Counted from the first letter of the stretch, positions 1 through 10,434 are shown. The stretch is DNA of 64,000 nt from Bradyrhizobiaceae bacterium (GCA_024103135.1 JAGFIZ010000066.1:12568-76567); one strand, 5' to 3'. The notes: generated by a model from the sequence alone, not told the origin. Numbers and translations are program-made.

Positions 1-309
1 CAATGTGCCAAGTATGAGAGCGGGGAGACGAATTGCAAACTCCGACGTCCACATGCCTCCCAGTGTGGTAACCCAGATTAGCCAACCAATGAGACCGGGG
101 TGATCATAGTATGCAAGTGCAGGATGTGCAGAGTAAGCCCAGTAGTATGCCTCGTCGTAGCCAAGGCCTACCATTGCAGCAAGCAAGGTGCGGATGCCTA
201 GTGAAACGATAATGATTACAACAACGCTCACCCGCGCTCGCTGGTCCTCTTCGGTGAGCGCCCCCTTGGTATCTTTGTAGTCTGTTTTTTTCAAAAGGCC
301 TACTATCAT
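1..309 (-). CDS. GT-C family glycosyltransferase (ArnT/PMT-like, polyprenyl-phosphate-sugar dependent), N-terminal part only. The gene runs off the window start. Its ATG is the reverse complement of 307-309 and overlaps the thiolase ATG at 308-310.
   Basis: Manual reverse-strand translation from 309 gives MIVGLLKKTDYKDTKGALTEEDQRARVSVVVIIIVSLGIRTLLAAMVGLGYDEAYYWAYSAHPALAYYDHPGLIGWLIW.... The DEAYYW...A(Y)YDHPPLIGW motif is typical of ArnT/PMT GT39/GT83 N-termini. The fragment is below the 60-aa ORF-track cutoff. Confidence 0.5.
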   Translation of the reverse strand, partial: MIVGLLKKTDYKDTKGALTEEDQRARVSVVVIIIVSLGIRTLLAAMVGLGYDEAYYWAYSAHPALAYYDHPGLIGWLIWVTTLGGMWTSEFAIRLPALILGTL

Positions 310-1477
310 GTCGTTTATTATCTCTGCTGCCCGCACACCTATCGGATCACTTCTAGGCTCGTTAAGTGAGCTAAGCGCCCCACAACTTGGGGCTGTTGCC
401 ATCAAAGCAGCCGTCGAACGTGCTGGCATAAGTACCGAGCATATCGACGAAGTCATCATGGGCAACGTCCTCACCGGTGGTGTTGGTCAAGCACCAGCCA
501 GGCAAGCAGCAATCTTCGCGGGACTTTCGAAACATACGGCATGCATGACGATGAATAAGGTCTGCGGCTCTGGTTTGAAGGCCGTAATGCTTGCCGATCA
601 AGCCATCCGTGCAGGTGATGCACAGGTGGTGGTGGCAGGTGGACAAGAGAGTATGACGAATGCTCCACATGCCATGCTTGATAGTCGTAAGGGCGTGAAG
701 TTCGGCAATGCTCGAATGGTAGATCTGATGCAGTGGGATGGTCTGTGGGACGTGTATAATCAAGTCCCCATGGGCGATGCAGCCGAGCTCTGTGCTACGG
801 AATGTGGTTTTAGCCGCGAGATGCAGGATGAGTTTACCATCGATTCGTACAAGCGTGCCCAAGCAAGTATTGCCGAAGGAAGATTCAAGGACGAGATCGC
901 GCCCGTGATCATCCCCGGCAAGAAGGGTAATATCACGGTGGACACGGACGAAGAACCAGCCCGTGTACAGTTTGACAAGATCCCTACGTTGAAGCCAGTG
1001 TTTAAGAAAGACGGCACGGTAACGGCTGCTAATGCCAGCACGATTAACGATGGTGCTGCAGCACTCGTCATTGCTAGTGAACAAGCCGTGAGCACGTATG
1101 GTCTGAAGCCCATGGCTCGCATCGTTGCTCAAGCATCGTTTGCACAAGATCCGCTGTGGTTTACAACCTCACCCGTCGAAGCAATTAACCGTGTGGTGCA
1201 GAAGGCCGGACTTACGGTTGCCGACATCGACCTGTTCGAGATCAACGAGGCCTTTGCCGTCGTCACCCTAGCTGCTGAACAACGCTTAGGTATTTCACAC
1301 GACAAGGTCAACGTGAATGGTGGGGCCGTAGCATTGGGTCACCCCATCGGTGCCAGCGGCGCTCGCGTACTCACAACGCTGCTCTACGCGCTCAAGGCCC
1401 GTGGATTAAAACGTGGTCTTGCCACGCTCTGTATTGGTGGTGGCGAAGCCAGTGCCGTGATTGTCGAAATGATGTAA
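308..1477 (+). CDS. acetyl-CoA C-acetyltransferase (thiolase II)
   Basis: 389 aa. Thiolase signature motifs present: acyl-Cys region NKVCGSGLKAV, NEAFAV, GHPIGASGAR, and the C-terminal CIGGGEASA active-site Cys. Confidence 0.9.
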   Translation: MSFIISAARTPIGSLLGSLSELSAPQLGAVAIKAAVERAGISTEHIDEVIMGNVLTGGVGQAPARQAAIFAGLSKHTACMTMNKVCGSGLKAVMLADQAIRAGDAQVVVAGGQESMTNAPHAMLDSRKGVKFGNARMVDLMQWDGLWDVYNQVPMGDAAELCATECGFSREMQDEFTIDSYKRAQASIAEGRFKDEIAPVIIPGKKGNITVDTDEEPARVQFDKIPTLKPVFKKDGTVTAANASTINDGAAALVIASEQAVSTYGLKPMARIVAQASFAQDPLWFTTSPVEAINRVVQKAGLTVADIDLFEINEAFAVVTLAAEQRLGISHDKVNVNGGAVALGHPIGASGARVLTTLLYALKARGLKRGLATLCIGGGEASAVIVEMM

Positions 1478-1518
1478 TTCCAAGCCCCCTTCAATCAACA
1501 AAGGATAGAGACGTAGAC

Positions 1519-2892
1519 ATGAGAACCGTAACGCTTATCAAGGGCGATGGTATTGGTCCAGAAATTTCCGAAGCCGTCAAACTGATTTTCAGTCGTGCAG
1601 GTGTGCCGATTCAATGGGAAGAAGCCGATGCAGGCCTCGGAGCGATTGAACGCACGGGTACGGGTGTTCCACAACAGACGCTTGATAGCATTAAGAAGAA
1701 TGGTGTAGCACTGAAGGGGCCGACGACGACGCCAGTAGGGGGCGGACATAAGAGTGTGAACGTAACGATCAGGAAGACGTTGGAGCTCTACGCAAACGTC
1801 CGCCTGGCTCGTAGTCTTCCCGCAGTTCCAACGCGGTACGATGGCGTGAACATCCTTGTTGTTCGTGAGAACATCGAAGACACGTATGCAGGCATCGAGC
1901 ACATGCAGACGCCGAACATGGCACAGGCACTGAAGATCATTAGTCGGCAGGGCTCGATGGCCGTTATTCGTTATGCATTCGAAGAGGCTCGCAAACTCGG
2001 ACGTAAGCGTGTTACCTGCGTGCATAAGGCCAACATCCACAAGCTCACCGATGGACTCTTCCTTGAAGTGTTTAGGCAGGTTGCTGCTGAGTATACCGAC
2101 ATCGAAGCCAACGATATCATCGTTGACAATTGCTGTATGCAATTGGTAAGCAGACCAGAGCAGTTCGACGTGCTGGTGCTGCCAAACCTTTATGGTGACA
2201 TCGTGAGTGATCTCTGTGCAGGGATTGTAGGGGGCTTGGGAGTCGCACCCGGTGGAAACATCGGTAAGGATTGTGCAGTGTTCGAAGCCGTACACGGTTC
2301 AGCACCAGATATCGCTGGTCAAGGATTGGCAAATCCAACAGCGTTGTTGATCAGCAGTGTGCAAATGCTCCAGTACATGGGACTCGTCGGTTATGCCGAA
2401 GCCATCATGGATGCCTTGCTCCAGACCTTTGCAGCCGGTGTAAAGACGCGCGATCTTGGTGGATCGGCGTCAACGCTTGAGTTTGCCGAGGCAGTCGCAA
2501 ACAACGTGCGTCACGTCACCGATGAAGTTCAACCAGAGCCAGTTGCCCGTGTTGTGCATCCCGCACCAACGGTGATCGAAGAGGAGTGGACGCTTGTAGG
2601 CGCTGATGTGTTTGTCGAGTGGAATGGCAGCCTGCCTACGGTGCCCCAGGAGTTTGGTCCGCTTGTGCTCAAGAATATCTCCAGTCGTGGAACGACGGTA
2701 TGGCCTGGTGAGCAGCCAGACATTATGCTTGTTGACCACTATCGCTGCCGATATATTGGCACGAATGTTTCTAACGCTCACATTACAGGTCTGCTAAACG
2801 AGCTCGACTCAATGGGGGTACGCTGGTGCCATGTAGAGCAGCTTAATACTGCCAACGGCATGGTTCGGTACTCCGCATCAGCAGGAGAATAA
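1519..2892 (+). CDS. icd: NAD-dependent isocitrate dehydrogenase (isocitrate/isopropylmalate dehydrogenase family) with a ~120-aa C-terminal extension
   Basis: 457 aa. The N-terminal ~335 aa is a canonical IDH/IMDH fold (LIKGDGIGPEI, NVRLARSLP, NLYGDIVSDL). A further ~120 residues follow with no obvious family match. Confidence 0.8.
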   Translation: MRTVTLIKGDGIGPEISEAVKLIFSRAGVPIQWEEADAGLGAIERTGTGVPQQTLDSIKKNGVALKGPTTTPVGGGHKSVNVTIRKTLELYANVRLARSLPAVPTRYDGVNILVVRENIEDTYAGIEHMQTPNMAQALKIISRQGSMAVIRYAFEEARKLGRKRVTCVHKANIHKLTDGLFLEVFRQVAAEYTDIEANDIIVDNCCMQLVSRPEQFDVLVLPNLYGDIVSDLCAGIVGGLGVAPGGNIGKDCAVFEAVHGSAPDIAGQGLANPTALLISSVQMLQYMGLVGYAEAIMDALLQTFAAGVKTRDLGGSASTLEFAEAVANNVRHVTDEVQPEPVARVVHPAPTVIEEEWTLVGADVFVEWNGSLPTVPQEFGPLVLKNISSRGTTVWPGEQPDIMLVDHYRCRYIGTNVSNAHITGLLNELDSMGVRWCHVEQLNTANGMVRYSASAGE

Positions 2893-2928
2893 GGAACTAT
2901 CGCGTGGCGTTGTTCGTCACGCCTTGCC

Positions 2929-5900
2929 ATGACCGTTACGCATCCCGCACCATCGCCAATGAAGGAACAGCCGTGGCTGGTAAGGGCAGTGCGAGCCATT
3001 GCCATTGGCATTGCTCGCACCGTTGGTGTGTTTATCATTCTTGCTGCTGCCTTGGTGCTCTTTGCTCAGACCGATGCTTTTCAGCGTTGGGTGAGAGAGA
3101 ATGGCATTGCCTACCTGAATGAGCAACTGGAAGGTAAGATCGTCGTAGATGATGTGTACCTGGATGTATTCAAAGGCATTCGGCTGATTCATCCACGATT
3201 GTATGCCAACGGTACTACCGTGCTGGATGCAGCAAGCATCACACTGTCGTACGATCTATCGACGCTCTTTGTGCGCGTTGCTACCGTAACCCAGCTCGAC
3301 ATCGATCAGCCACGCATTCATATTCTCAAGTCCGAACGCGGTGATTGGAACATCAACCACATCGTCAAACCGTCAGAGAGCGACGAGCCGGCTTCTACTC
3401 CACAAGGAACGTTGGTCGTTCGCAGTCTAACCATCAGCAATGGCTCACTCATCGTCAATGCTGGTGTTTCACAAGATGATCATGACTCGGTCGAAACCTT
3501 CGATCCAACACATCTACATCTAGCAAAGCTTAACCTGAACCTAGCAGCGCGCCTGAACCCAAAGGACCATGACGTAGCCATTGCGATCAATAGACTGAGC
3601 TTTGTTGATGAACTTACTGGTGCGCTAACCCTCGATGGCATGAATGCCATTGTCCGCCTATCGCCAAGCGGCGTTGACGTGCAAGAGCTTCTTGTTGCCA
3701 TGCCTCGGACAATTGTACGAGCACGCTGTGCTATTCGTGGAGTGGACGTGTTCCGAGGATTCTCGGAGAAGACGCTCACGCAGTATCCACTGGTTGGACG
3801 GGTGGAGTCGGATAGGTTTTGGGGACCAGATCTGCACTACTTTATCCCTGACGTGGACATCCTGGACGAGTATCGGGTACGTGCCGATGTTGAATATGCA
3901 GGGAACTCTCTTCGTGTAAGCAATCTTGAGTTGGAGGGCGGACCTAACACCGTCGAAGGCTCGGTGTTTATCAACGAACTCTATGGTCAACGTCCACTTT
4001 CCCTGGACATCATGGTTACCAACACGATCGGTAACTACGCCGACGTTCAGCGCCGTCTGCGTTTTGTAGGACTGCCGACGTTGCCCTTCCTTACTCAAGC
4101 ACAGATCGACACGGCAATAGTTCGCGGTCAACCAACCGACAGCTTGTGGATACAAGTCCATGCATCCGACAGACCAGGCAGGGTAGATGGTACCTTGTCG
4201 CTCTTGCTCAACGACCCCGAACTTGGCTACCATTTGGATGCCACCATTGCCAATGGTGACCTAAGTGCCTTTGCCGATTCTGCCAGCATGGCGACGTCGC
4301 TCAACGGCAAGGTCGAAATGCATGGTAGGGGACTCACCCTCCAGAAACTTCAGGCCAACGCCAGGATTAACCTGGAACGTTCCATCGTTCTCGGCAGGCA
4401 AATCCGTCAGTTCAATGCAACCATAAGCGGTGATGGTAAGGGATTGATCACGGTTGATACCCTGTTCGCCAACCTTACGCCGTTCGGATCCGACACAACA
4501 CGAGATGCCTATCAGACAGAACCTGAGACGGCGTCAGTGCGTGGGTGGATAAACACAGCAAATCCAGACAAGCTTGTCTATAGTGCAGCACTCGATCTTT
4601 CCAATCTGAACCTCGCTCGGATTGTGCGCGATAACGAGCTCCCGACTGACCTCTCCGCCAAACTTGATGTAAACATGGAGGGTATCGACCTCGACAGTCT
4701 GCATGGTCGAGTCAACGGTACGATTGGAGAGTTTGTCCTCCGTGACCGTGCCATGATGCCATTTGCACTCGATGCTGCAATTGAGCGAAAGGGGCTGGGT
4801 AGGGCGTTCAATCTTAACACGGACTTTGCAACGGTGACGATTGACGGACAGTTTGTACCAACGGAGTTGTTCGACGTCCTCGGCTTCTCGACCCAAGGAG
4901 TATCACAGTGGGCTGCAAAGTGGGTTCGTCATGCAACCGGTATGTCGGTACCGCAATCCGTTTCCACGAGTGCTATCCCATCGGTAAACCTCGTCTATGC
5001 AATCCGTGTTCGGGATCTTTCGCCACTCAACATGGTGGTTCCGGACGTCGAGATTTCGGGAGCGGTGGATGCAAGCGGAAAAATCACGTCAGACAACCAG
5101 GAGGTTGCCTTTACGCTTGACTCAGTCGTCACATCCGATCTGCAAGTTGTGGGTGATTCGGTAAACATTCGTGCAGAGCGGACTCGTGCCTCGGTATCAT
5201 TCACCGTAAGGAATTCGGCAGGCATGCCTGATATGCAAGCGATTGCGATAACGTATGCAACCGACAGCGTACTTAACGCTAACGCGTCCAGACTGACTCG
5301 ACCAACGATTACTATTCAACAGCACGACGAGCATCTTGTCTTTACGGCCTCCACTTGGCTGGAAACCATGTACATGGTCGCACAAGGCAAACTCACATCC
5401 GAACGTGATGCTGCTACCATGCTCATTGATAGCGCTACGGTAATCCTTGATTCAGCCAACAAACTGCAGTGGTCACTAGTAAAGCCCGCCGCTGCTACGC
5501 TGGCCAATGGTGTTATCAACGTCGAATCGCTTGTTGCTCAACGTCCATGGGCAGAAACCGTATCCATTTCAGGGATAATGTCGGACTCGATCTTTCATGG
5601 AGCCACGGCGCGCGTAGAGAATTTCCCGCTTGTTGATGTTCCGAAGTTTGCTGTATTTGGAGAGTCGCATCCAGTTCGCCTGCTCCGCGGTCTTGTAACA
5701 CAGGCCCAGTTCACCGTCAATGGTACATGGCACCATCCCACCATCGAAGTGAACACCTCCATCGCTGATGTCTCGTACAACAACAGTCCAATCGGCAACT
5801 TCCAAGGCAGCTTCTTCCATAGGGATGGAAATGTTCAGGGCTTTGCACAGATAAAGGATGTGAAGTCGGCCGATACGACGCTACCACTCAACATCCAGGT

Positions 5901-7554
5901 TAAGGCCCTACCGTTAGACCTGTCGTTCACCAATGTCCAGGACCGCATTCGTGAAGATGCACCATGGGATATCCGGCTCAGCGCTGCGAATCTGAACCTT
6001 GCTGTTGCCGAGCCATTCCTGCCTGCCGTAGAGCGTGTACATGGTAAGGCCAATGCAGAACTCTCGCTTATTGGCAACAATCTGGATGACGTGAAGCTCA
6101 GCGGAAATGCGCGCTATTGGAATGGTTCCTTCTTGTCGTCTAGTACGAACATCATGTACACCAGCGAAGGCACGGTATCGCTAAATGGACAGGTGCTGAA
6201 CCTCGATTCAATCGTAGTTCGGAACCTGGAACGTGACCATGGCGGAGGCGTAGCCGTTGCTAAGGGAAGCGTAGTATTCGACGGACTTACCGTCGACAGC
6301 ATTGACTTCGTTGTCCGCACACCTACCCGCCGCGGAATCATGGTGCTTAGTCCATCGTCGCAAGCAAGAAGTCCAATCGTTTACGGCGATCTCATTATCG
6401 CCTCAGGCGAAAAGCCAATACGCATGTATGGCAAGCTCGAAACGCCCAAGCTGGTCGGCGATGTCGATGTGTTATACAGCGACATAACCTTCCCACGAGA
6501 GCGCTCATCGACGAAGGCTAGAACTACAACATTTGATTACGTTCAGGCATCGGATGCCTCGACCCACCGTCCACTGCGTGACTACCTAGCCCCCTTACGC
6601 TCGAATGAATCGGTCAATGCCGATACTGCAACGGACTTGCTTTCACAGACTGAGTCAGCCATCAAGCAGGTAGTAGCCGCCAGCACGGCTTCGTTCGTTG
6701 ATATTCTGGACTATAACCTTCGAATCTCGTTGCGGGGAAGAACCTTGCTGACCATGGTGCTGAGTCCGTTCGAAATTCTTGTTGCCGACCTAGAGCTTGT
6801 CGAACTGAATTCACCCCTCCTGTTCACTGGGAAGTTTGGCGATAACAGCACCAACCTCAAGGGTAGCGTACGACTAAAGGAAGGAACCTCTACCTACAAG
6901 TTCTACAAGCCATTCCAGACGGGAGGCACGTTGAACTTTGCTAGTGGTGGTATGATGAATCCCGACCTGAACCTTGTTGCAACCTATCAGAACCGACGCA
7001 TCACCAACGACAAGCCCGAAGAGTTCAAGGTGCAACTCAACATTACCGGCACAAAGCTCAAGCCCCGCATTGCCTATCGTCTGTGGAGGAATGATCGCGA
7101 GATTGTGGGCGACAGTGCCAAGATTGCCAGCGATGCACTCATGCTGATTCTGGTTGGAAAGACAACCGACGAGATGATGGCGAGCGGTCAGGGTGATATT
7201 GCCGGACAGGTGAATGCAGCGTTCTCGTCCGTTGCAACAAGTGCTCTTTCGGACGTTATCTCCGGCGTGGGTTTTGTTCAGAACGCACAGATTGATTTAG
7301 GAAGCGACATCTCGCAGAGCCGCATTACGCTGAGCGGACAGTTGTACGGTGATATCTCGTACAGAGTAAGTGGACAGATCAGCGACTTTTCTGGAAACAG
7401 CACCTTCACGGTGTCGATCCCGCTCAGTGTTGTGAGCAACAAGGAGGCCTTCCGTCTGTTCCAGACAGACTTCTCCCACACCGTGAACAACACGGGGAAC
7501 ATTACCCGTCAAACACGATTGTGGGAAATCAAGTTCGGTGCTCGATTGCCGTAA
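2929..7554 (+). CDS. tamB: TamB/AsmA-family translocation and assembly module protein (giant inner-membrane-anchored periplasm-spanning protein)
   Basis: 1541 aa. Single N-terminal TM helix (AIAIGIARTVGVFIILAAALVLFA) followed by a long beta-rich region with a DUF490-like C-terminus. The architecture and size are typical of TamB. Confidence 0.6.
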   Translation: MTVTHPAPSPMKEQPWLVRAVRAIAIGIARTVGVFIILAAALVLFAQTDAFQRWVRENGIAYLNEQLEGKIVVDDVYLDVFKGIRLIHPRLYANGTTVLDAASITLSYDLSTLFVRVATVTQLDIDQPRIHILKSERGDWNINHIVKPSESDEPASTPQGTLVVRSLTISNGSLIVNAGVSQDDHDSVETFDPTHLHLAKLNLNLAARLNPKDHDVAIAINRLSFVDELTGALTLDGMNAIVRLSPSGVDVQELLVAMPRTIVRARCAIRGVDVFRGFSEKTLTQYPLVGRVESDRFWGPDLHYFIPDVDILDEYRVRADVEYAGNSLRVSNLELEGGPNTVEGSVFINELYGQRPLSLDIMVTNTIGNYADVQRRLRFVGLPTLPFLTQAQIDTAIVRGQPTDSLWIQVHASDRPGRVDGTLSLLLNDPELGYHLDATIANGDLSAFADSASMATSLNGKVEMHGRGLTLQKLQANARINLERSIVLGRQIRQFNATISGDGKGLITVDTLFANLTPFGSDTTRDAYQTEPETASVRGWINTANPDKLVYSAALDLSNLNLARIVRDNELPTDLSAKLDVNMEGIDLDSLHGRVNGTIGEFVLRDRAMMPFALDAAIERKGLGRAFNLNTDFATVTIDGQFVPTELFDVLGFSTQGVSQWAAKWVRHATGMSVPQSVSTSAIPSVNLVYAIRVRDLSPLNMVVPDVEISGAVDASGKITSDNQEVAFTLDSVVTSDLQVVGDSVNIRAERTRASVSFTVRNSAGMPDMQAIAITYATDSVLNANASRLTRPTITIQQHDEHLVFTASTWLETMYMVAQGKLTSERDAATMLIDSATVILDSANKLQWSLVKPAAATLANGVINVESLVAQRPWAETVSISGIMSDSIFHGATARVENFPLVDVPKFAVFGESHPVRLLRGLVTQAQFTVNGTWHHPTIEVNTSIADVSYNNSPIGNFQGSFFHRDGNVQGFAQIKDVKSADTTLPLNIQVKALPLDLSFTNVQDRIREDAPWDIRLSAANLNLAVAEPFLPAVERVHGKANAELSLIGNNLDDVKLSGNARYWNGSFLSSSTNIMYTSEGTVSLNGQVLNLDSIVVRNLERDHGGGVAVAKGSVVFDGLTVDSIDFVVRTPTRRGIMVLSPSSQARSPIVYGDLIIASGEKPIRMYGKLETPKLVGDVDVLYSDITFPRERSSTKARTTTFDYVQASDASTHRPLRDYLAPLRSNESVNADTATDLLSQTESAIKQVVAASTASFVDILDYNLRISLRGRTLLTMVLSPFEILVADLELVELNSPLLFTGKFGDNSTNLKGSVRLKEGTSTYKFYKPFQTGGTLNFASGGMMNPDLNLVATYQNRRITNDKPEEFKVQLNITGTKLKPRIAYRLWRNDREIVGDSAKIASDALMLILVGKTTDEMMASGQGDIAGQVNAAFSSVATSALSDVISGVGFVQNAQIDLGSDISQSRITLSGQLYGDISYRVSGQISDFSGNSTFTVSIPLSVVSNKEAFRLFQTDFSHTVNNTGNITRQTRLWEIKFGARLP

Positions 7555-7584
7555 CCAGACTGTTACGCCGGCACGGCTTTTGAA

Positions 7585-8736
7585 CTACGCAAGACTCTTC
7601 AACAATTCTCGAGCGATAACGATGTGTTGGATTTCGCTCGTGCCTTCGTAGATCTCCGTGATCTTTGCATCACGAAGGAAACGCTCGACCAAGTATTCGC
7701 GCACGTAGCCATAGCCACCATGAACCTGGATGGCTTCCAGAGCAATATGCACTGCAGCCTGAGAGGCCATGAGCTTTGCTTGGGCAGCAGCCTTGATGTA
7801 GTTCTGATGTTGGTCCTTAAGCCAGGCGGCTTTATATACAAGCAAACGGGCAGCTTCAAGGCGTGTTGCCATGTCGGCAAGTTTTAACTGAATTGCCTGC
7901 AAGTCACTAATTGGTTTTCCGAATGCCTTACGTTGTGTCGAGTATACAAGTGCAGCCTCGAAAGCCCCCTTCGCAATACCGAGAGCTTGAGCAGCGATAC
8001 CAATACGTCCGCCATTCAACGACTCCATGGCAATCTTGAAGCCCTGTCCCACATCGCCCAGGATCATGTTATCTGGCACAAACACATTGGTAAGACCGAT
8101 GGAACACGTGTCACTCGAACGAATACCTAGCTTGTCTTCCTTTAGTCCTGGTTCGAATCCTTCTGCACTACGCGGAACGATAAAGCAGGTGATGCCCTTG
8201 TGCTTGAGCTCCCTGTCCGTCTGTGCCATTACGAGGTACCAGCTTGCCGTGGTACCATTGGTAATCCAGTTCTTGGTGCCATTCAGGATCCAGCCGCCAT
8301 CGCCCCTTACTGCCGTGGTATGCTGTTGTGTAGCGTCGCTGCCGGCTTCTGGTTCGGACAGGCAGAAGGCACCGTGGACAACACCCTGAGCAAGGGGAGT
8401 GAGGACGTTGGTTTTCTGTTCATCGGAGCCATAGGTGTCGAGTCCCCAATTCACCAGCGAATTATTCACGCTCATCACCACGCCTACCGACGCGTCGACG
8501 GCGCTGATTTCTTCCATGGCGAGGACGTAGCTCAGCGCGTCAAGTCCAGAGCCGCCCCACTGCGGGTCAACCATCATCCCGAGGAAACCGAGTTCGCCAA
8601 GCTTGTGGACGATTTCGGTGGGGAATTCGCCGTTCTTATCACGTTCTACAGCACTTGGAGCGACTTCTGTCTTTGCAAAGTCACGTGCTGTTTGGCGGAT
8701 CATCTCATGGGTTTCGCTCAGCTCTAAGGAAAACAT
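7585..8736 (-). CDS. acyl-CoA dehydrogenase (short/branched-chain type)
   Basis: 383 aa. ACAD motifs seen: CLSEPEAGSDA, GxKxWITNG, C-terminal YEGTSEIQ. Confidence 0.9.
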   Translation of the reverse strand: MFSLELSETHEMIRQTARDFAKTEVAPSAVERDKNGEFPTEIVHKLGELGFLGMMVDPQWGGSGLDALSYVLAMEEISAVDASVGVVMSVNNSLVNWGLDTYGSDEQKTNVLTPLAQGVVHGAFCLSEPEAGSDATQQHTTAVRGDGGWILNGTKNWITNGTTASWYLVMAQTDRELKHKGITCFIVPRSAEGFEPGLKEDKLGIRSSDTCSIGLTNVFVPDNMILGDVGQGFKIAMESLNGGRIGIAAQALGIAKGAFEAALVYSTQRKAFGKPISDLQAIQLKLADMATRLEAARLLVYKAAWLKDQHQNYIKAAAQAKLMASQAAVHIALEAIQVHGGYGYVREYLVERFLRDAKITEIYEGTSEIQHIVIARELLKSLA

Positions 8737-8793
8737 AGGGGTAGTGATTGATGGACTAATACAACAGTAGAATGCAAAGTTAGCGGAACTTGG

Positions 8794-9900
8794 CTATCTG
8801 GCATTGGCGATGGATCCCAAAACCACTGGAGCGGTGGCACCCGTTACCGTCGGTATGTTCCCTGCCAAACCATGATAGGTTCGGTAACCAAGGTAGGCAA
8901 AGGCCATGGCTTCCTTGGCATCGCTCGGTACACCCAACGTATCGGTGGGCTTGACGACCATGTTCCTCAGGTAGCTTGAAAGGCGCTCAAGCAGAAAGGC
9001 ATTTCTAGCCCCGCCGCCACTCACAAGAACTTCAGTAGTTGATGGTTGGTAGCGCTGAATATGATCGGCAATACTCCACGCCGTGAGCTCGGTGAGGGTG
9101 GTGATCAAATCTTCTGATGGCATGGATGGATGGGAGAACCGTCGCCACAGGTCATTGGCCATCTGCTCGCCAAACAACTCACGTCCTGTGGACTTTGGCG
9201 GTTCTTGAGCAAAGTATGGCAAGGCCTGTAATTCGCTCAGTGCACGTTGGATGATGATCCCTGATCGAGCAATGGCACCATCATTGTCAAACCTCTTGCC
9301 GAACGATGCCTTGCAGACAGCATCAATCAACACGTTGCCTGGTCCGGTGTCAAAGGCACGAACATCATCCAGTCCACCACCAGCAGGTAGGAGCGTGATG
9401 TTCGCCATGCCGCCGATGTTCAGCGCAACACGATCGACCGTGGTGCTTTGCAAAACAGCCACGTCGAAGATTGGTACGAGTGGAGCACCTTGTCCACCTA
9501 CCGCTACATCCGCTGCTCGAAAGTCATGGACGACGGGAATCGAGAGGAGGGCAGAGAGGGCTGGACCCGACATAGCCTGCCACGTATGCAGCGGAGGCTC
9601 GTGCCAGAGCGTCTGACCATGAACAGCAACGAGGTCGAGGGTAACGTTGGCTTCCTTCACCAAGGTGTTGATCGCCTCGGCGTAGGCGGACGCCAGTTCA
9701 AAAGGAATCGCCGAGAGGTCGGCCATCGAAGCCGTACCTGCCAAAGCCCCCTTCACCTTCTCTTCGAGTTCGATGGGGTAGGGGGCTTCGGAATACGCAA
9801 AGAGGGTGACCGCATGGCGACCACCCTCATCCTGAATGTTACAAAGTGCAACGTCGATTGCATCAACCGACGTACCGGTCATCACCCCAGCGATGATCAT
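8794..9900 (-). CDS. anmK: anhydro-N-acetylmuramic acid kinase
   Basis: 368 aa. N-terminal MIIAGVMTGTSVDAIDVAL and internal NIGGMANITLL and FDTGPGNVLID match the AnmK family. Confidence 0.85.
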   Translation of the reverse strand: MIIAGVMTGTSVDAIDVALCNIQDEGGRHAVTLFAYSEAPYPIELEEKVKGALAGTASMADLSAIPFELASAYAEAINTLVKEANVTLDLVAVHGQTLWHEPPLHTWQAMSGPALSALLSIPVVHDFRAADVAVGGQGAPLVPIFDVAVLQSTTVDRVALNIGGMANITLLPAGGGLDDVRAFDTGPGNVLIDAVCKASFGKRFDNDGAIARSGIIIQRALSELQALPYFAQEPPKSTGRELFGEQMANDLWRRFSHPSMPSEDLITTLTELTAWSIADHIQRYQPSTTEVLVSGGGARNAFLLERLSSYLRNMVVKPTDTLGVPSDAKEAMAFAYLGYRTYHGLAGNIPTVTGATAPVVLGSIANAR

Positions 9901-9903
9901 ACG

Positions 9904-10434
9904 TTAGATCGTGATGATCTCGCCGCGGTTGACAGTGCCGGTGTCCTTGCCAAAGTTTGCCAGCGTAGGCTTTGAGGCCGACACCTTTTCCTGGATGTAC
10001 ATCAGTGCCTTCATCAAGGCTTCGGGGCGTGGCGGACATCCAGCGACGTATGCATCGACAGGGAGGAATTGGTCGATACCTTGAACTACAGGGTACGACC
10101 TGAACATGCCTCCCGAGCTTGTGCACACACCCATGGCGATGCACCACTTTGGATCGGGCATCTGATCCCAGATCTTCTTCACCACCCAGCTCATCTTGTA
10201 GGTTACCGTTCCGGCAACAATCATCAGGTCGGCCTGGCGTGGAGAAAAGCTAAAGCGTTCCGAGCCGAATCGAGATGAGTCTGCACGAGGACCACCAAAC
10301 GCCATCATCTCGATGGCGCAGCAGCTAATGCCCATGGGCATTGGCCAGAGCGAGTTACGCTGAGCCCATGTAACAACGGACTCGAGGGTAGTGGTTACAA
10401 AACCATCGCGTGTGAGATGTTCGTTTAGTCCCAC
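9904..10434 (-). CDS. nuoB: NADH-quinone oxidoreductase subunit B. A GTG start overlaps the nuoA stop by about 10 nt. The track ORF extends to 10545, but that would overlap nuoA by 120 nt.
   Basis: [18 protein letters not shown] and CPPRPEA Fe-S ligand motifs. About 28 aa precede SLWP, as in Nqo6. Confidence 0.85.
   Translation of the reverse strand: MGLNEHLTRDGFVTTTLESVVTWAQRNSLWPMPMGISCCAIEMMAFGGPRADSSRFGSERFSFSPRQADLMIVAGTVTYKMSWVVKKIWDQMPDPKWCIAMGVCTSSGGMFRSYPVVQGIDQFLPVDAYVAGCPPRPEALMKALMYIQEKVSASKPTLANFGKDTGTVNRGEIITI

Noticed and set aside
371-1147. 258-aa minus-strand ORF antisense to the thiolase gene (also 471-668, 760-1122, 1129-1311)
   Set aside because: Fully embedded in a strongly supported thiolase CDS on the opposite strand. 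No motifs. Typical GC-rich antisense open frames.
1495-2295. 266-aa minus-strand ORF antisense to the isocitrate dehydrogenase
   Set aside because: Overlaps a high-confidence CDS and is Cys/His/Arg-rich low-complexity translation. Spurious.
3658-4233. 191-aa minus-strand ORF inside tamB, plus many 60-120-aa ORFs within tamB
   Set aside because: All lie inside the 1541-aa TamB reading frame region on the opposite strand or alternate frames. No independent support.
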